Shown: piece by piece, positions 28,928 through 38,706 of the stretch | Position numbering within the stretch: position 1 is the stretch's first letter | How the letters are laid out: each line of letters starts with the position of its first letter | From: Thermoproteota archaeon | GTDB taxonomy: Archaea; Korarchaeota; Korarchaeia; Korarchaeales; Korarchaeaceae | Length of the DNA: 64,000 nt | NCBI GenBank assembly: GCA_027491395.1 | Contig: JAOZFI010000006.1 | Location: 32,001 to 96,000, forward strand | Direction: 5' to 3' | Notes under the pieces: model-generated | The model's input: only the letters and a program-made list of their open reading frames with translations | What the model was told of the DNA's origin: nothing | Database searches by the model: none | Made by a program: the position numbers and the translations under genes

Positions 28928-29234
28928 ATACTATCTCATACTCCCCTAGCTCCAGCTCTGCGACAGCTACCTCCTCGGAGATCGTCCTAGAGAGATCGAT
29001 CTCCCATTCTCCCTCCGATACCTTCCTCAGGAAGGCCTCCTCTATCAGTGACGGGACCCCGCTTTCAGGGACCTCGCGTTCAACCCCCTTTTCAGATCCT
29101 TCGCTAACCCTGTAGACAACGAATTCCAGATCCCTCGAACCACAGGACGGGCAAGTTTCCGGAAGGATCTCATTTGATCCCTCTAGATCCTTCTGAAACC
29201 CACAGGATCTGCAAACAAGCATTGCCCTCAGCAA
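28905..29234 (-). CDS. oapC: OapC-like Zn-ribbon protein
   Basis: CRSC...CPSCG and GEWEIDL, GEYEI motifs; third gene of oapABC. Confidence 0.65.
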   Translation of the reverse strand: MLRAMLVCRSCGFQKDLEGSNEILPETCPSCGSRDLEFVVYRVSEGSEKGVEREVPESGVPSLIEEAFLRKVSEGEWEIDLSRTISEEVAVAELELGEYEIVFRLRRAG

Positions 29235-29500
29235 GGCCCTACACCCGATATGAGGACAGAACCTCTCCTCTTAGACAGCTTCACTCCTCCTGGGTGAATG
29301 AGATACGGACCTCCCTCCGAGAGTTTCTCGATCTCCATTCCCGATGACTCGCCCTCGTGTCTGGATAGCAGGGACTCTAGGGCAGAGACCACCGCCTTGG
29401 GATCTATGGTTTTCGCTATGATAACGCTTCCTTCCATCAGGAGGCTCACCACATCACCCACGCTATCCTCGGAGAGCTCCTCTAGGAATAGTATGTTCAT
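29228..29500 (-). CDS. oapB: OapB-like (DUF2073) protein
   Basis: Position between oapA and the Zn-ribbon gene; SGMEI motif; shortened and divergent. Confidence 0.55.
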   Translation of the reverse strand: MNILFLEELSEDSVGDVVSLLMEGSVIIAKTIDPKAVVSALESLLSRHEGESSGMEIEKLSEGGPYLIHPGGVKLSKRRGSVLISGVGPC

Positions 29501-30153
29501 CTACTGGCTACCTCCGCTATGGCCTCATAGAGGGTCTCTATATTGTCTCCCCTTAGGGCGGAGATCTTCACGACCAAGTCCTCCGAGAAGGCCTTCTCCA
29601 CTCTGTTGGGCCTGGCGTATGGGAGGTCAATCTTGTTAGCCACCACTATGTAGGGGATCCCTCTAGCCTTCAGATTTCCGGCTATCACCCAATTAACTTG
29701 GGATGTCGGGTCCTTGGTGGAGTCCAACACTATCAAGGCCACATCTACCCTCTCCATTGATTTTATGGCCTCAACCACCCCCTTAGCGGCCTCGGCAGCT
29801 CTCTCCAGTGCCTCCTCCTTCTTGAATCCGTATCTCAGGAAGCTCCTGTAAGTGACCCTCATCGCTATTCCCGGTGTATCAACGACATCCATAACTAGGG
29901 AGGAACCATTTCTCAACTTCAAGGAGACGTTCTCCATCACACTGACAGTTCTAGTCTCGTGTGGCACCCTACTCACAGTCCCGAGCTTCTCTCCCACGAA
30001 GTCCATGCATATCTTGTTGGCTAGGGTGGTCTTCCCGGAGTTAACCGGACCGTAAATGCCCAGTATTATCCTCTTCCTTCTGCGAAAGAGCCTAGAAAAT
30101 ATTCGAGAAAGAAACCCGCCACTCTGTTTCGGCTCCACGAGTCTAGCCAGCAT
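29497..30153 (-). CDS. oapA: Era-like GTPase OapA
   Basis: GIYGPVNSGKTTLAN, PHETR, DTPG, RA.EA.KGV.EAIK, ANKID, ISAL. Confidence 0.9.
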   Translation of the reverse strand: MLARLVEPKQSGGFLSRIFSRLFRRRKRIILGIYGPVNSGKTTLANKICMDFVGEKLGTVSRVPHETRTVSVMENVSLKLRNGSSLVMDVVDTPGIAMRVTYRSFLRYGFKKEEALERAAEAAKGVVEAIKSMERVDVALIVLDSTKDPTSQVNWVIAGNLKARGIPYIVVANKIDLPYARPNRVEKAFSEDLVVKISALRGDNIETLYEAIAEVASR

Positions 30154-30228
30154 TTTCCCATATAAGCAGCTTCCACTGCCGTTATAAAGGGCCTAACTGG
30201 GATGTAATGCGCCTTAAATATCGGACTC

Positions 30229-31560
30229 CTAGCTCAGCTGGACTACCTCCCCTAACCTAGGAATGTAAGTCCTAATACCCCTCTTTTCCAGCTTCCTTCT
30301 CAACTGACGCATCTTGTCTGGCTCTCCATGGACCAGAATAACTTCTCTAAGCTCGCTTTCACTTAACTTCGATACGAAATTTATCAGGTTTGGTTGGTCT
30401 GCGTGGGCGGAGAAGTCAGCAAACTTGACATCTGCCTCTATGCGTATCGTACTGCCGTCGGGCATGGGTATGTCCCTCTCACCATCCATCAACAGCCTGC
30501 CTCTAGTTCCCTTGACCTGATACCCTGTCAGATAGATCAGGTTCCCTCTCTTCGTCCCGAAGTGCTTCAAGTATGTGAGAACCGGGCCTCCTTGGAGCAT
30601 TCCAGACGTAGTTACCACTATGAAGGGTTCACTGAGATCCAAGATCTCATCCCTGCTCCAGACCTCCTCTATCGCCCTGTGATCGAACAGGCCTTTCTTG
30701 CTCTCTCTCACTCTCCTCTGCAGCTCAGGCCTCAGCCAGGACCAGTAAATGGTGTAGAATTTGGAGACCTCCCTGATCATGCCATCAACGAATATCGGAA
30801 CCTCAGGGAGGAACCCGGACTCCATATAATGGATGAGCGTCAGAAGGACCTCTTGAGCCCTTCCTAATGCGAAAGCGGGGACGATCGTCACGCCACCTGA
30901 CTGGATAACGGATCTTATGTCCTCGACGAACTTCCTCTCCACCTTCCTCCTAGAGGGGTGGACATCTTGGTCTCCGCCATACGTACTCTCTATTACGAGG
31001 TAATTCACTTCCGGAAGGTTTACATCTGCGCCCCTGAGCGTCCTAGTATTTGATGTGTTCAGATCGCCTGTGTACAGGAGGGAAATCCCGTCAGGCGATC
31101 TCAAGTATATCATCGCGGAACCCAGTACATGCCCCGCGTTGAAGGGGATGACCTCCCAGCCGTCCACTTGGGTGGACATGCCGAATCTGATAGACCTCTC
31201 TCTCTTCTTTAGCAACCCTATATCCTGATTAGTGAAGGGCTTCGGTTCATCCTCAGGAAATAGATTAAGGAAATCCCTCAATAGGATCTCGGACACATCT
31301 ACAGTGGGAGGGGTAGCTAGGAAGTCGCATCCCCATTTGGATACTACGGCGGGGGCGTACCCTGAGTGATCTAGGTGAGCATGGGTCAGCACTAGGGAGC
31401 TGACGTCACGCTGAGGATCCAAGGGGAATTTGTCCCTGCCCCTCCCTCCGAAATCGACACCGGAATCGAGTATGATCGACCCTTCCCTCCTGATCACCTC
31501 TAAGCTGGACCTCCCTACCCTCTCGGCGGCTCCCAAGAACCTGAGCTTAATCTCGCTCGT
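30229..31560 (-). CDS. beta-CASP metallo-beta-lactamase ribonuclease (no KH domain)
   Basis: FLGAA..VGRS, THAHLDH, AGHVLGS, YTGD, ESTYG, GRAQE, SGML.GG, FSAHAD, VHGE; start proposed at ACG 31560 (ORF track gives TTG 31536). Confidence 0.92.
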   Translation of the reverse strand, partial: TSEIKLRFLGAAERVGRSSLEVIRREGSIILDSGVDFGGRGRDKFPLDPQRDVSSLVLTHAHLDHSGYAPAVVSKWGCDFLATPPTVDVSEILLRDFLNLFPEDEPKPFTNQDIGLLKKRERSIRFGMSTQVDGWEVIPFNAGHVLGSAMIYLRSPDGISLLYTGDLNTSNTRTLRGADVNLPEVNYLVIESTYGGDQDVHPSRRKVERKFVEDIRSVIQSGGVTIVPAFALGRAQEVLLTLIHYMESGFLPEVPIFVDGMIREVSKFYTIYWSWLRPELQRRVRESKKGLFDHRAIEEVWSRDEILDLSEPFIVVTTSGMLQGGPVLTYLKHFGTKRGNLIYLTGYQVKGTRGRLLMDGERDIPMPDGSTIRIEADVKFADFSAHADQPNLINFVSKLSESELREVILVHGEPDKMRQLRRKLEKRGIRTYIPRLGEVVQLS

Positions 31561-32932
31561 TCTTACGCACCTCCTGAATTAGTCTTTTAGCTCTCTCAAA
31601 TTCCAGACTTGCTATCTCATGTCCGGCCCCGATATATGTGTTCGGATCTCTCAAAGCCTCCACTTCCTCAGGAGTTAAGAGACCTCTTATGGTAGGGTCC
31701 TCCAAGGCGACCTTGAATAAGGGGTCTCCCCGCTCGTAGGATGTCATCGCTATCCTCCTCACTAGCTCGTGGGACTCCTGTCTTCCCAAGCCCTTCTTCA
31801 CTAGGGCTATCATCAACCTCTCACTCAAAGCTAGGTCAGAGTACTTTGAGAGGTTCTCCCTAATCCGGTCCTCATTGATCACCAGATTTCTAATCACATC
31901 GGTAAGAGAGATGAGTTGCTCTTCCAGCAGCAGGAAAGCTTCGGGCAGGAAACACCTTTCTGCAGAACTATTCGTTAGATCTCTCTCATGCTCGAGCACT
32001 ACGTTCTCGAGCGCTGTTATTGCGAGGGATCTCACCACCTTCGCTAGTCCGCAGACTTTCTCGCTCTTTATGGGATTTCTCTTGTGGGGCATGGTGCTGG
32101 ATCCGACCTGAGCGGTGGATTCGAAGTACTCTTGGATCTCTCCTATCTCCGTCCTGTGAAGGTTCCTTATCTCGTTAGCTATGGCATCTAAGGAGGAGGA
32201 CATTGCTGACATCGATGTGATTAACCGGGCTAACCTGTCCCTAGGAACTACCTGTGTGCTTATCTCTGCGGCTTTGAGGCCGAGCCTATCCAACACATCT
32301 TCTTGAAATTTTATGGGGTCCTCGACGCCCAGCTCCACGAGCGCGGCCATCGTCCCAACTGCGCCAGATATCTTGCCGACTGCAGCATCATTTAGGGCCT
32401 CTAATAGGCTTTCCAAACTCTTCCTCACGAAATACGACCACAGCGCGAACTTCATTGAGAGAGGGATCGGGTCCGCTATGACGCCGTGCGTCCTACCCGG
32501 AGCCACTATCATATTCTTCCTTACCTCCTCTCCCCTCCTGACAATTTCCTCTAGGAGGTTTATTGTCCTCCTCACGAGCAGAGATCCAGCTTCTCTGATT
32601 TGCAGGGCCATCACCGTATCGAGCACATCGTTGGAGGTTATCCCGAGGTGCACATACATACCGCTCCTCCCCGCCTTTCTAGCTAGGACCCTGACTAGAG
32701 CCATCGTCTCATGCTTCGTGATCCTCTCTTCCTTCCTCACCTCATCCCAGCTTACGGACTCAGCAGCCCTCGTCACATCCTCAACCGCCTCCCTGGGCAC
32801 TATCCCCCTGTCCGCAAGTGCCTCGAGTAGGGCGACCTCCACTCGGGCCATGAGCCTCACTCTGTTTTCAGGTTCGAAGACGCGCCTCATCTCGCTCGAT
32901 CCATATCTGTAATCAATCGGATGAACTGGCAT
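31547..32932 (-). CDS. purB: adenylosuccinate lyase
   Basis: HPIDYRY, HLGITSND, GRTHG, SGAVG, GSSTMPHKRNP, HERDL. Confidence 0.96.
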   Translation of the reverse strand: MPVHPIDYRYGSSEMRRVFEPENRVRLMARVEVALLEALADRGIVPREAVEDVTRAAESVSWDEVRKEERITKHETMALVRVLARKAGRSGMYVHLGITSNDVLDTVMALQIREAGSLLVRRTINLLEEIVRRGEEVRKNMIVAPGRTHGVIADPIPLSMKFALWSYFVRKSLESLLEALNDAAVGKISGAVGTMAALVELGVEDPIKFQEDVLDRLGLKAAEISTQVVPRDRLARLITSMSAMSSSLDAIANEIRNLHRTEIGEIQEYFESTAQVGSSTMPHKRNPIKSEKVCGLAKVVRSLAITALENVVLEHERDLTNSSAERCFLPEAFLLLEEQLISLTDVIRNLVINEDRIRENLSKYSDLALSERLMIALVKKGLGRQESHELVRRIAMTSYERGDPLFKVALEDPTIRGLLTPEEVEALRDPNTYIGAGHEIASLEFERAKRLIQEVRKNERD

Positions 32933-35024
32933 GGATCATTGACCTCGCTTGTTCTATTATCTCCTTAGATAGGCACCTTCCTATCCCCGGCAACCTCTCA
33001 AGATCCCTTGGAGTCGCCTCAGCTATATCCTTAACGGTCCTGTACCCAGCCTCAAAGAGGACTTTGGCCCTTATCCTACCCACCCCTCTTATTGAGACGA
33101 GTTGGAGCATCTCCTCCGGTGTGCCGTGCTTCAGCCTCATGGACAGGGTGCCCAGCCAGTTAGCGAGCGCCTTCTTCCTCATTAATCTGGCTATCTCCGA
33201 GAAAGCGTAACAGAGCCAAGCACCTGTCTCAGCCAGTCCTCTCAGATCGCCCGGCTCTATTCCAATCCTCTCCTCGATATCTCCTTCAGCAACACCCTCG
33301 ATCCAAAGTTTCAAGGAGAGCGCAGCCTTGGTAATTTGAAGGAGTTCGTTCATTGAAGAGACGGGGATCTCCTCAATTGGAAGAAGGGGATCAACTTCGT
33401 CCAGTACCTCCTCTATCAGGGATCTACCGCCACGCTGGAGGGAAACCCTCGGCATGTCGGGAACCATTGAGATGAGGTGTAGGACGGGTAACTCTACGGA
33501 ATCGCCGGAGCCGAATCTCCGATCAAGCTCGCCCAAGGATCGAATCATTAGGTGAGCTGATGAAGGATCTACATAGAGCTCGGAGACCCTCTTACCAATC
33601 GAGGTAGCCTTGTAACCGTCGTGCTCGCTTACCAAGAACCCTTCCCGCTCCAGAGACGACAGGACGTAGGGTAAGGATCTCTCTATGAGCTTACTCCCGC
33701 CTTGGATATAAAGAAGAGTCCTTCCGAAGATTTCATCGAGATCAGACTTGCTCATATATCCCCGAGAAGATACAAGCGCCAAAACATGGTTCCTAAGCTG
33801 AGAGATATCGTAAAGCGACGAGGTTATCGGCTCAGGCTCCGATGAGAGATATCTCTTGAACACCCTCTCGGCATCACTCCCACTTCCAACGACCACGAAG
33901 GCCTCACCATAGGGATCGTATCTAGGTCGACCGGCTCTCCCAACCATCTGCCAGAATTCCATCACCGAGATGAGAGCCATTTTACCCAATCTCCTGTCGA
34001 ACCTCCTGTAGGAGCTTATGATGACGGTCCTAGCTGGCAAGTTCACTCCTGCTGCTAGGGTTGGAGTCGCAGTTATCACCCTGATCTTTCCAGAGCGAAA
34101 AGCGTTTTCTACAGCTTTCCTCAACTCGAAGGGTAATCCGGCATGGTGGAAGGCAACTCCCCTCCTCATGAAGAGGGCGAGCTTCTCCACGAGCTTGGAG
34201 GAGCTGTATCCGCCTAGACCTCCTTCAACCAACTCCCCCAACTCCACCCCTTCCAGATTCAACTTTGACGAGAGCTTCTCAGCCCAAGAGACCGCATCCA
34301 TCCTTCTGTTGTAGAATATTATGACCTGACCACCACTCTCCAAGCTCCTCACGACTAGAGGGAGGACCCCCTCCCCAGGCAGCGGTTCGATCTCTCCATC
34401 CTGAAATATCAGGTGTCCAGCGTGATACATGGCCACCCTCAAGGGAACGGGTCTCCAGTTAACTCTCAGGGGGGTAGCGCTCAGCCAAGATGAGATTTCC
34501 TCCAAGTTAGTGATAGTCGCGCTGAGGGCTATCCTCCTAGCATCGTCGTTATCGTGCATGAATTTGGAGACGGCCATCTCGAGAGTAGGTCCCCTGTAGG
34601 GATCTCCAACGTAGTGAACCTCGTCCAACACTAGGAGGGTCAGCTGCTCTAGCCAAGCGGCTCCATGCCTCTGAACCGAATCGAACTTCTCATACGTCAT
34701 CACTACGAGGTCGTACTGGGCCAGAGGCTCCTCGGACGAGTCGTAGTCGCCTATCGAGATTCTCACTCTATGACCGCTGAACACCCGAGAGAACTCCTCA
34801 TATTTCTCATAGGCCAAAGAACGCAGAGGTACTAGGTAGAGGACCTTTCCTCCCTTTTCTAGCTCTTCATTCATAACCATCTCGGCTGATAGCGTCTTCC
34901 CAGCCGCCGTGGGGGCAGCTAAAACGAAGTTCCCCTCCTCAAGCAAATTCCTATCTAGAATCACCCTCTGTGTCGGGTAAAGCTCCGTAACACCCAAACG
35001 CTCGAGGAGGTCCTCTATTCCCAT
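32913..35024 (-). CDS. hel308: Hel308/Hjm SF2 DNA helicase
   Basis: APTAAGKT, DEVH, LSAT, FHHAG, TPTLAAGVNLP, QMVGRAGRP, C-terminal HhH. Confidence 0.93.
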   Translation of the reverse strand: MGIEDLLERLGVTELYPTQRVILDRNLLEEGNFVLAAPTAAGKTLSAEMVMNEELEKGGKVLYLVPLRSLAYEKYEEFSRVFSGHRVRISIGDYDSSEEPLAQYDLVVMTYEKFDSVQRHGAAWLEQLTLLVLDEVHYVGDPYRGPTLEMAVSKFMHDNDDARRIALSATITNLEEISSWLSATPLRVNWRPVPLRVAMYHAGHLIFQDGEIEPLPGEGVLPLVVRSLESGGQVIIFYNRRMDAVSWAEKLSSKLNLEGVELGELVEGGLGGYSSSKLVEKLALFMRRGVAFHHAGLPFELRKAVENAFRSGKIRVITATPTLAAGVNLPARTVIISSYRRFDRRLGKMALISVMEFWQMVGRAGRPRYDPYGEAFVVVGSGSDAERVFKRYLSSEPEPITSSLYDISQLRNHVLALVSSRGYMSKSDLDEIFGRTLLYIQGGSKLIERSLPYVLSSLEREGFLVSEHDGYKATSIGKRVSELYVDPSSAHLMIRSLGELDRRFGSGDSVELPVLHLISMVPDMPRVSLQRGGRSLIEEVLDEVDPLLPIEEIPVSSMNELLQITKAALSLKLWIEGVAEGDIEERIGIEPGDLRGLAETGAWLCYAFSEIARLMRKKALANWLGTLSMRLKHGTPEEMLQLVSIRGVGRIRAKVLFEAGYRTVKDIAEATPRDLERLPGIGRCLSKEIIEQARSMIHASSSD

Positions 35025-35028
35025 TCTT

Positions 35029-37170
35029 TCATCCTTCTAACAGGCTGATTTTGTCCAGCTTGGGGAATATTATCAGACCGTCCTCGTTGAGCTTCTTCAG
35101 GATGTCCTCTATTACGTACTCCTTCCCCCTTAGATTGAGCTTCTCAGCAGCCAGTCTCACCACTACATCCCTATCAACAGTACCATCCTCAGATTCCTCC
35201 ACTAGCTGCTTGATCAGAGAGTAGACTATCTCCCTCCTCTTGACCACGGTGTAGGAGACACCAGTCATGAGCCCAGTGATATCCCTTATCCCAGATACTA
35301 CATCGTGAGCGGCCCCCTCCAGCATTATATTCACCAACTTGATAGACATCTCGGCATCCTCGGCCGTCACCTCCTTCCTGAGGTGCATCCTAGCCCTGGC
35401 CTCGCTGAGCCTTATGAGAGCCTCTAATTGCCTCGGGGTTATTGCGATGGTCTCGAAGAGGACATCCCCTCCCTCCTCGTCTCTGGCTATACCCTTCTTC
35501 CTCATCTCTACGTAAAATTCCTTTATCTTTCTGGCGGCCTCGTCGGTTAGCGTCGGGTCTATGTTCTGCTTCGCATACGCTATGTACTTCTTCAACAGAG
35601 TAGGATCTATCGGAGGCTTGGCTTCGGGGTTCCTCCCCATTCTGGTGATGAGTATGTGCTCGGCTACCATGCTGTCGGCTTCGGGGCTAGGCCTGTCCTT
35701 CATTATGAACACTAGGTCGAACCTGGAGAGGATCGTTGGTGGGAGGTTTATGTTCTCAGTTATGGAAACGTAGTCATCGTACCTACCCTTTTTCGGGTTA
35801 GCTGCGGCAATAATGGTGGTCCGCGCGTTAAGTGTAGCCACTATCCCTGCCTTAGCTATTGAGATAGTTTGTTGCTCCATGGCTTCATGTATTGATCTCC
35901 TATCGTCCTCGTTCATCTTGTCAAACTCGTCGATGCAAGCGACTCCCCTGTCTGCCAGTACCAGCGCACCGGCCTCTAGAGTCCATCCGCCCGTTGTAGA
36001 GTCCCTAACAACCGCAGCAGTCAGGCCTGCCGCGGTCGATCCCTTTCCTGTCGTGTATAAGCCTCGAGGCGCTAATTGCGCAGCGTATTTGAGAAGCTGG
36101 CTCTTGGCAACTCCCGGATCTCCCACCATGAGAATGTTTATCTCTCCCCTTACCTTAGAGCCGTCGGCTAGTATCTTGGTACTGCCTCCGAAAAGGGCAT
36201 AAGCTATCGCCCTCTTTACCTCTATCCAGCCGAACACGGAGGGGGCGATGGACTTGACGATGAGATCCTCTAGATCTTCCCTCTCAGCTAACCTCCAGAT
36301 CTCCTCCTCGTCCTCTGGAGTTATTTCAAGCTTCTCGTAGATTCTATTTGGAACCTCGACATGCACTATCTCCAAATAACGCTTATAGATCGGGCCTTGC
36401 CCCCTTCCCTCGTCCCTTCTAGCTGGTTTGATCCTTATTATTCCCGTGATCTTGACCCTATCTCCCGGCTTGACCTCATCCACTATATCATCCAAGAGGA
36501 TCCCGTCTATATGCTCAGGCATCATACCTGGAGGGAGATCCTCTGGCCTCTCTTGGATCCTTATAGTCCTCCATCTCACGAACTCGCTGAGCTCGTGATC
36601 AAATCTCATTGGCGCCCCGCAGTCGGGACATTTATCAGGAGGCCTGAATCTTCCACTGATTACCTCAATTTCCTCTACTCTACCACACATGGGGTTGGTA
36701 CACACGTACACAGCTCTCTCCAGCTTATCATAGATGTCCGATACCCTGGTGATTATCCCCTCTATCTCTATCAGTCTCCCTATTGAGAACTTGGTCACAT
36801 CTCTCAGGGTTGCCTTTGTAGGGACGTTGTAGAACCTGAGGTGGAAGTCACCCTCGCTGTAGATCCTGAACTTATCCTCCCTGACCAGATCACCTAAGAG
36901 CTCGCTTACAAGCTCCTTCAGTGCTCTTGAAGCTGCCTCTAAATGGAAAGTCGGATGAACTATGATATCCTCGGCTATCTCCCTGAATTCTGGGTTGAAA
37001 TTGTAAAGGTGGACCCAATTAACCTCTAGAGATCTCCTTTGATCCTCTATCATCTGAGCTAGTGCGTTGCTATAGATGGGCTCACCGCCCTCATCTAAGT
37101 AGAACCGTATGAACTCTTTATACTTCTCGGCGAGCTCGTCGGGAGACAGAAGAGGGGCCCTCTCCACCAT
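35029..37170 (-). CDS. mcm: MCM replicative helicase
   Basis: GDPGVAKSQ, AAGLTAAV, IDEFDKM, AANP, SRFD, Zn finger; no intein. Confidence 0.97.
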   Translation of the reverse strand: MVERAPLLSPDELAEKYKEFIRFYLDEGGEPIYSNALAQMIEDQRRSLEVNWVHLYNFNPEFREIAEDIIVHPTFHLEAASRALKELVSELLGDLVREDKFRIYSEGDFHLRFYNVPTKATLRDVTKFSIGRLIEIEGIITRVSDIYDKLERAVYVCTNPMCGRVEEIEVISGRFRPPDKCPDCGAPMRFDHELSEFVRWRTIRIQERPEDLPPGMMPEHIDGILLDDIVDEVKPGDRVKITGIIRIKPARRDEGRGQGPIYKRYLEIVHVEVPNRIYEKLEITPEDEEEIWRLAEREDLEDLIVKSIAPSVFGWIEVKRAIAYALFGGSTKILADGSKVRGEINILMVGDPGVAKSQLLKYAAQLAPRGLYTTGKGSTAAGLTAAVVRDSTTGGWTLEAGALVLADRGVACIDEFDKMNEDDRRSIHEAMEQQTISIAKAGIVATLNARTTIIAAANPKKGRYDDYVSITENINLPPTILSRFDLVFIMKDRPSPEADSMVAEHILITRMGRNPEAKPPIDPTLLKKYIAYAKQNIDPTLTDEAARKIKEFYVEMRKKGIARDEEGGDVLFETIAITPRQLEALIRLSEARARMHLRKEVTAEDAEMSIKLVNIMLEGAAHDVVSGIRDITGLMTGVSYTVVKRREIVYSLIKQLVEESEDGTVDRDVVVRLAAEKLNLRGKEYVIEDILKKLNEDGLIIFPKLDKISLLEG

Positions 37171-37652
37171 TATTCATCATCCCTTACTCCTAGGAAGGCG
37201 CTCATCCACCCATCTACAACCGCCCTCAGGGCATTATAAAGGATGAGTTCTTCAGGCAGGAGATTTTTGGGAGTTCTTTTACTCGTTAACGCTATCGAGG
37301 TCCTTATATGATTCAAGATCTTGGAAATCCTCTTATTTACTAGGGAAATCGCATCCCTACGTATCAGAGAATCTTCAGGGGAGTGCTCCAATATCTCCCT
37401 GATCAAGGGGTATGTGTAGGGAGGGAGTTCTAGGGGCATCAGGGACACTTTCTCCTTGTAAAGCTTCTCGCTGATGATCTTCCAGTTCACCTCCTCGACC
37501 TCAGCGAGTCCCTCCTCCGCTAGGATATCAGCCAACCACTTGGGTACTTCCACTTCCACATCCTTGAACAACCTGATTCCAAGCCTCTCCAATCCCAAAT
37601 CTCTTTTAGGTGTGATCCTAACCCGTTGTATCTCTTCTAAGACGCGAGCCAT
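37170..37652 (-). CDS. GINS23 subunit
   Basis: VEVPKWLA..L...G, R..KI, NLLPEE..LY; immediately upstream of mcm; start moved to ATG (MARV). Confidence 0.8.
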   Translation of the reverse strand: MARVLEEIQRVRITPKRDLGLERLGIRLFKDVEVEVPKWLADILAEEGLAEVEEVNWKIISEKLYKEKVSLMPLELPPYTYPLIREILEHSPEDSLIRRDAISLVNKRISKILNHIRTSIALTSKRTPKNLLPEELILYNALRAVVDGWMSAFLGVRDDE

Positions 37653-37727
37653 TCTCTTAGATATCACGGGAGGGCACCCATCTATTCCAGAAAGTATGTT
37701 AAATAAGCACGACTCCAAATTCATGCG

Positions 37728-38582
37728 ATGCTGGTAAAGGGCTCTCCAGCGAGCAGCGTAACGCTGATATACAATGACGGCAAGAAGAAGACGTTAAAGC
37801 TGGCCAAAAGGCTTGAGGATCTACTCAAAGAGTCTAAAATAAGGATCGTTGGACTGGAAGACGGTCCAGATGTGATCGTGGTCATCGGTGGGGACGGAAC
37901 ACTTCTCAGGGCTTTCCATCAGACCTTGGGTGGGATACCGATCTTGGGAGTGAAGGATGGGACGTACGGAACATTGCTGGAGGTCGATCCAGACGAGATA
38001 GAGTATATACCAGATATACTCTCGAGAGGAATGTACTGGCTCGAGGAGACGTCGACTATTGAAACTAGAGGTGATATAAGGCTCATAGCACTAAACGAGT
38101 TCTTGATAAGGAGTGGAAAGCTCGGTAAGTCGTCTAGGTTGGGAATAGCTGTTGATGGGATTCCAACTGGGGAGTGCATATGTGATGGGGTCATAATATC
38201 CACCCCAACCGGCTCCCTAGCTTATTCTCTTGCGGCTGGTGGTCCTCTAGTTGATCCCAGATCCAAGGACATGGTCGTGTCCTACGTAGCTCCGTGGCCA
38301 CCTAGCCTCACCCTCGCAGTCAAGTCATTCGTACTCCCCTTAGAGTCGGAGGTGGAGATATGGTCCCCAGATCCCCAAGCCTACATAGTAGCTGACGGTC
38401 TCACTCCACTGAAGATGAGACCCCCGATCAGAGTTTCAGGCTCGGATATCAAGGGCGTCTTCGTCCGATTGTCTTCCAACCCGGCCGACTTCTACAAGAG
38501 GATAGTCAAGAGGATGGTTCCAAGGAGGCTAACAGGCATAATGGACTACTTAGAAACAGGCATACTCCCGCAAAACCTTTAA
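37728..38582 (+). CDS. nadK: NAD kinase
   Basis: GGDGT, LNE, DGVIISTPTGS.AYSLAAGGP. Confidence 0.93.
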   Translation: MLVKGSPASSVTLIYNDGKKKTLKLAKRLEDLLKESKIRIVGLEDGPDVIVVIGGDGTLLRAFHQTLGGIPILGVKDGTYGTLLEVDPDEIEYIPDILSRGMYWLEETSTIETRGDIRLIALNEFLIRSGKLGKSSRLGIAVDGIPTGECICDGVIISTPTGSLAYSLAAGGPLVDPRSKDMVVSYVAPWPPSLTLAVKSFVLPLESEVEIWSPDPQAYIVADGLTPLKMRPPIRVSGSDIKGVFVRLSSNPADFYKRIVKRMVPRRLTGIMDYLETGILPQNL

Positions 38583-38613
38583 ATTCCTGAGAATGGGAAG
38601 ACATGAACGCGGG

Positions 38614-38700
38614 GCGGGGGTGGCCGAGCCAGGTCCAAGGCGACGGACTCAAGATCCGTTGGGCGTCAGGCCCGCGTGGGTTCGAATCCCACCCCCCGCA
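38614..38700 (+). tRNA. tRNA-Leu(CAA), CCA not encoded
   Basis: GCGGGGG/CCCCCGC stem, ACGGA-CTCAAGA-TCCGT, long variable arm, GTTCGAATC. Confidence 0.95.
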
Positions 38701-38706
38701 CTCATC

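Noticed and set aside
30160-30185. TTCCACTG upstream of oapA as an ORB
   Set aside because: Single partial match in a short intergenic region with no unwinding element
35029-37170. Inteins in MCM, Cdc6, Lhr or TFB
   Set aside because: Lengths are normal and no splice-junction or homing endonuclease motifs were seen
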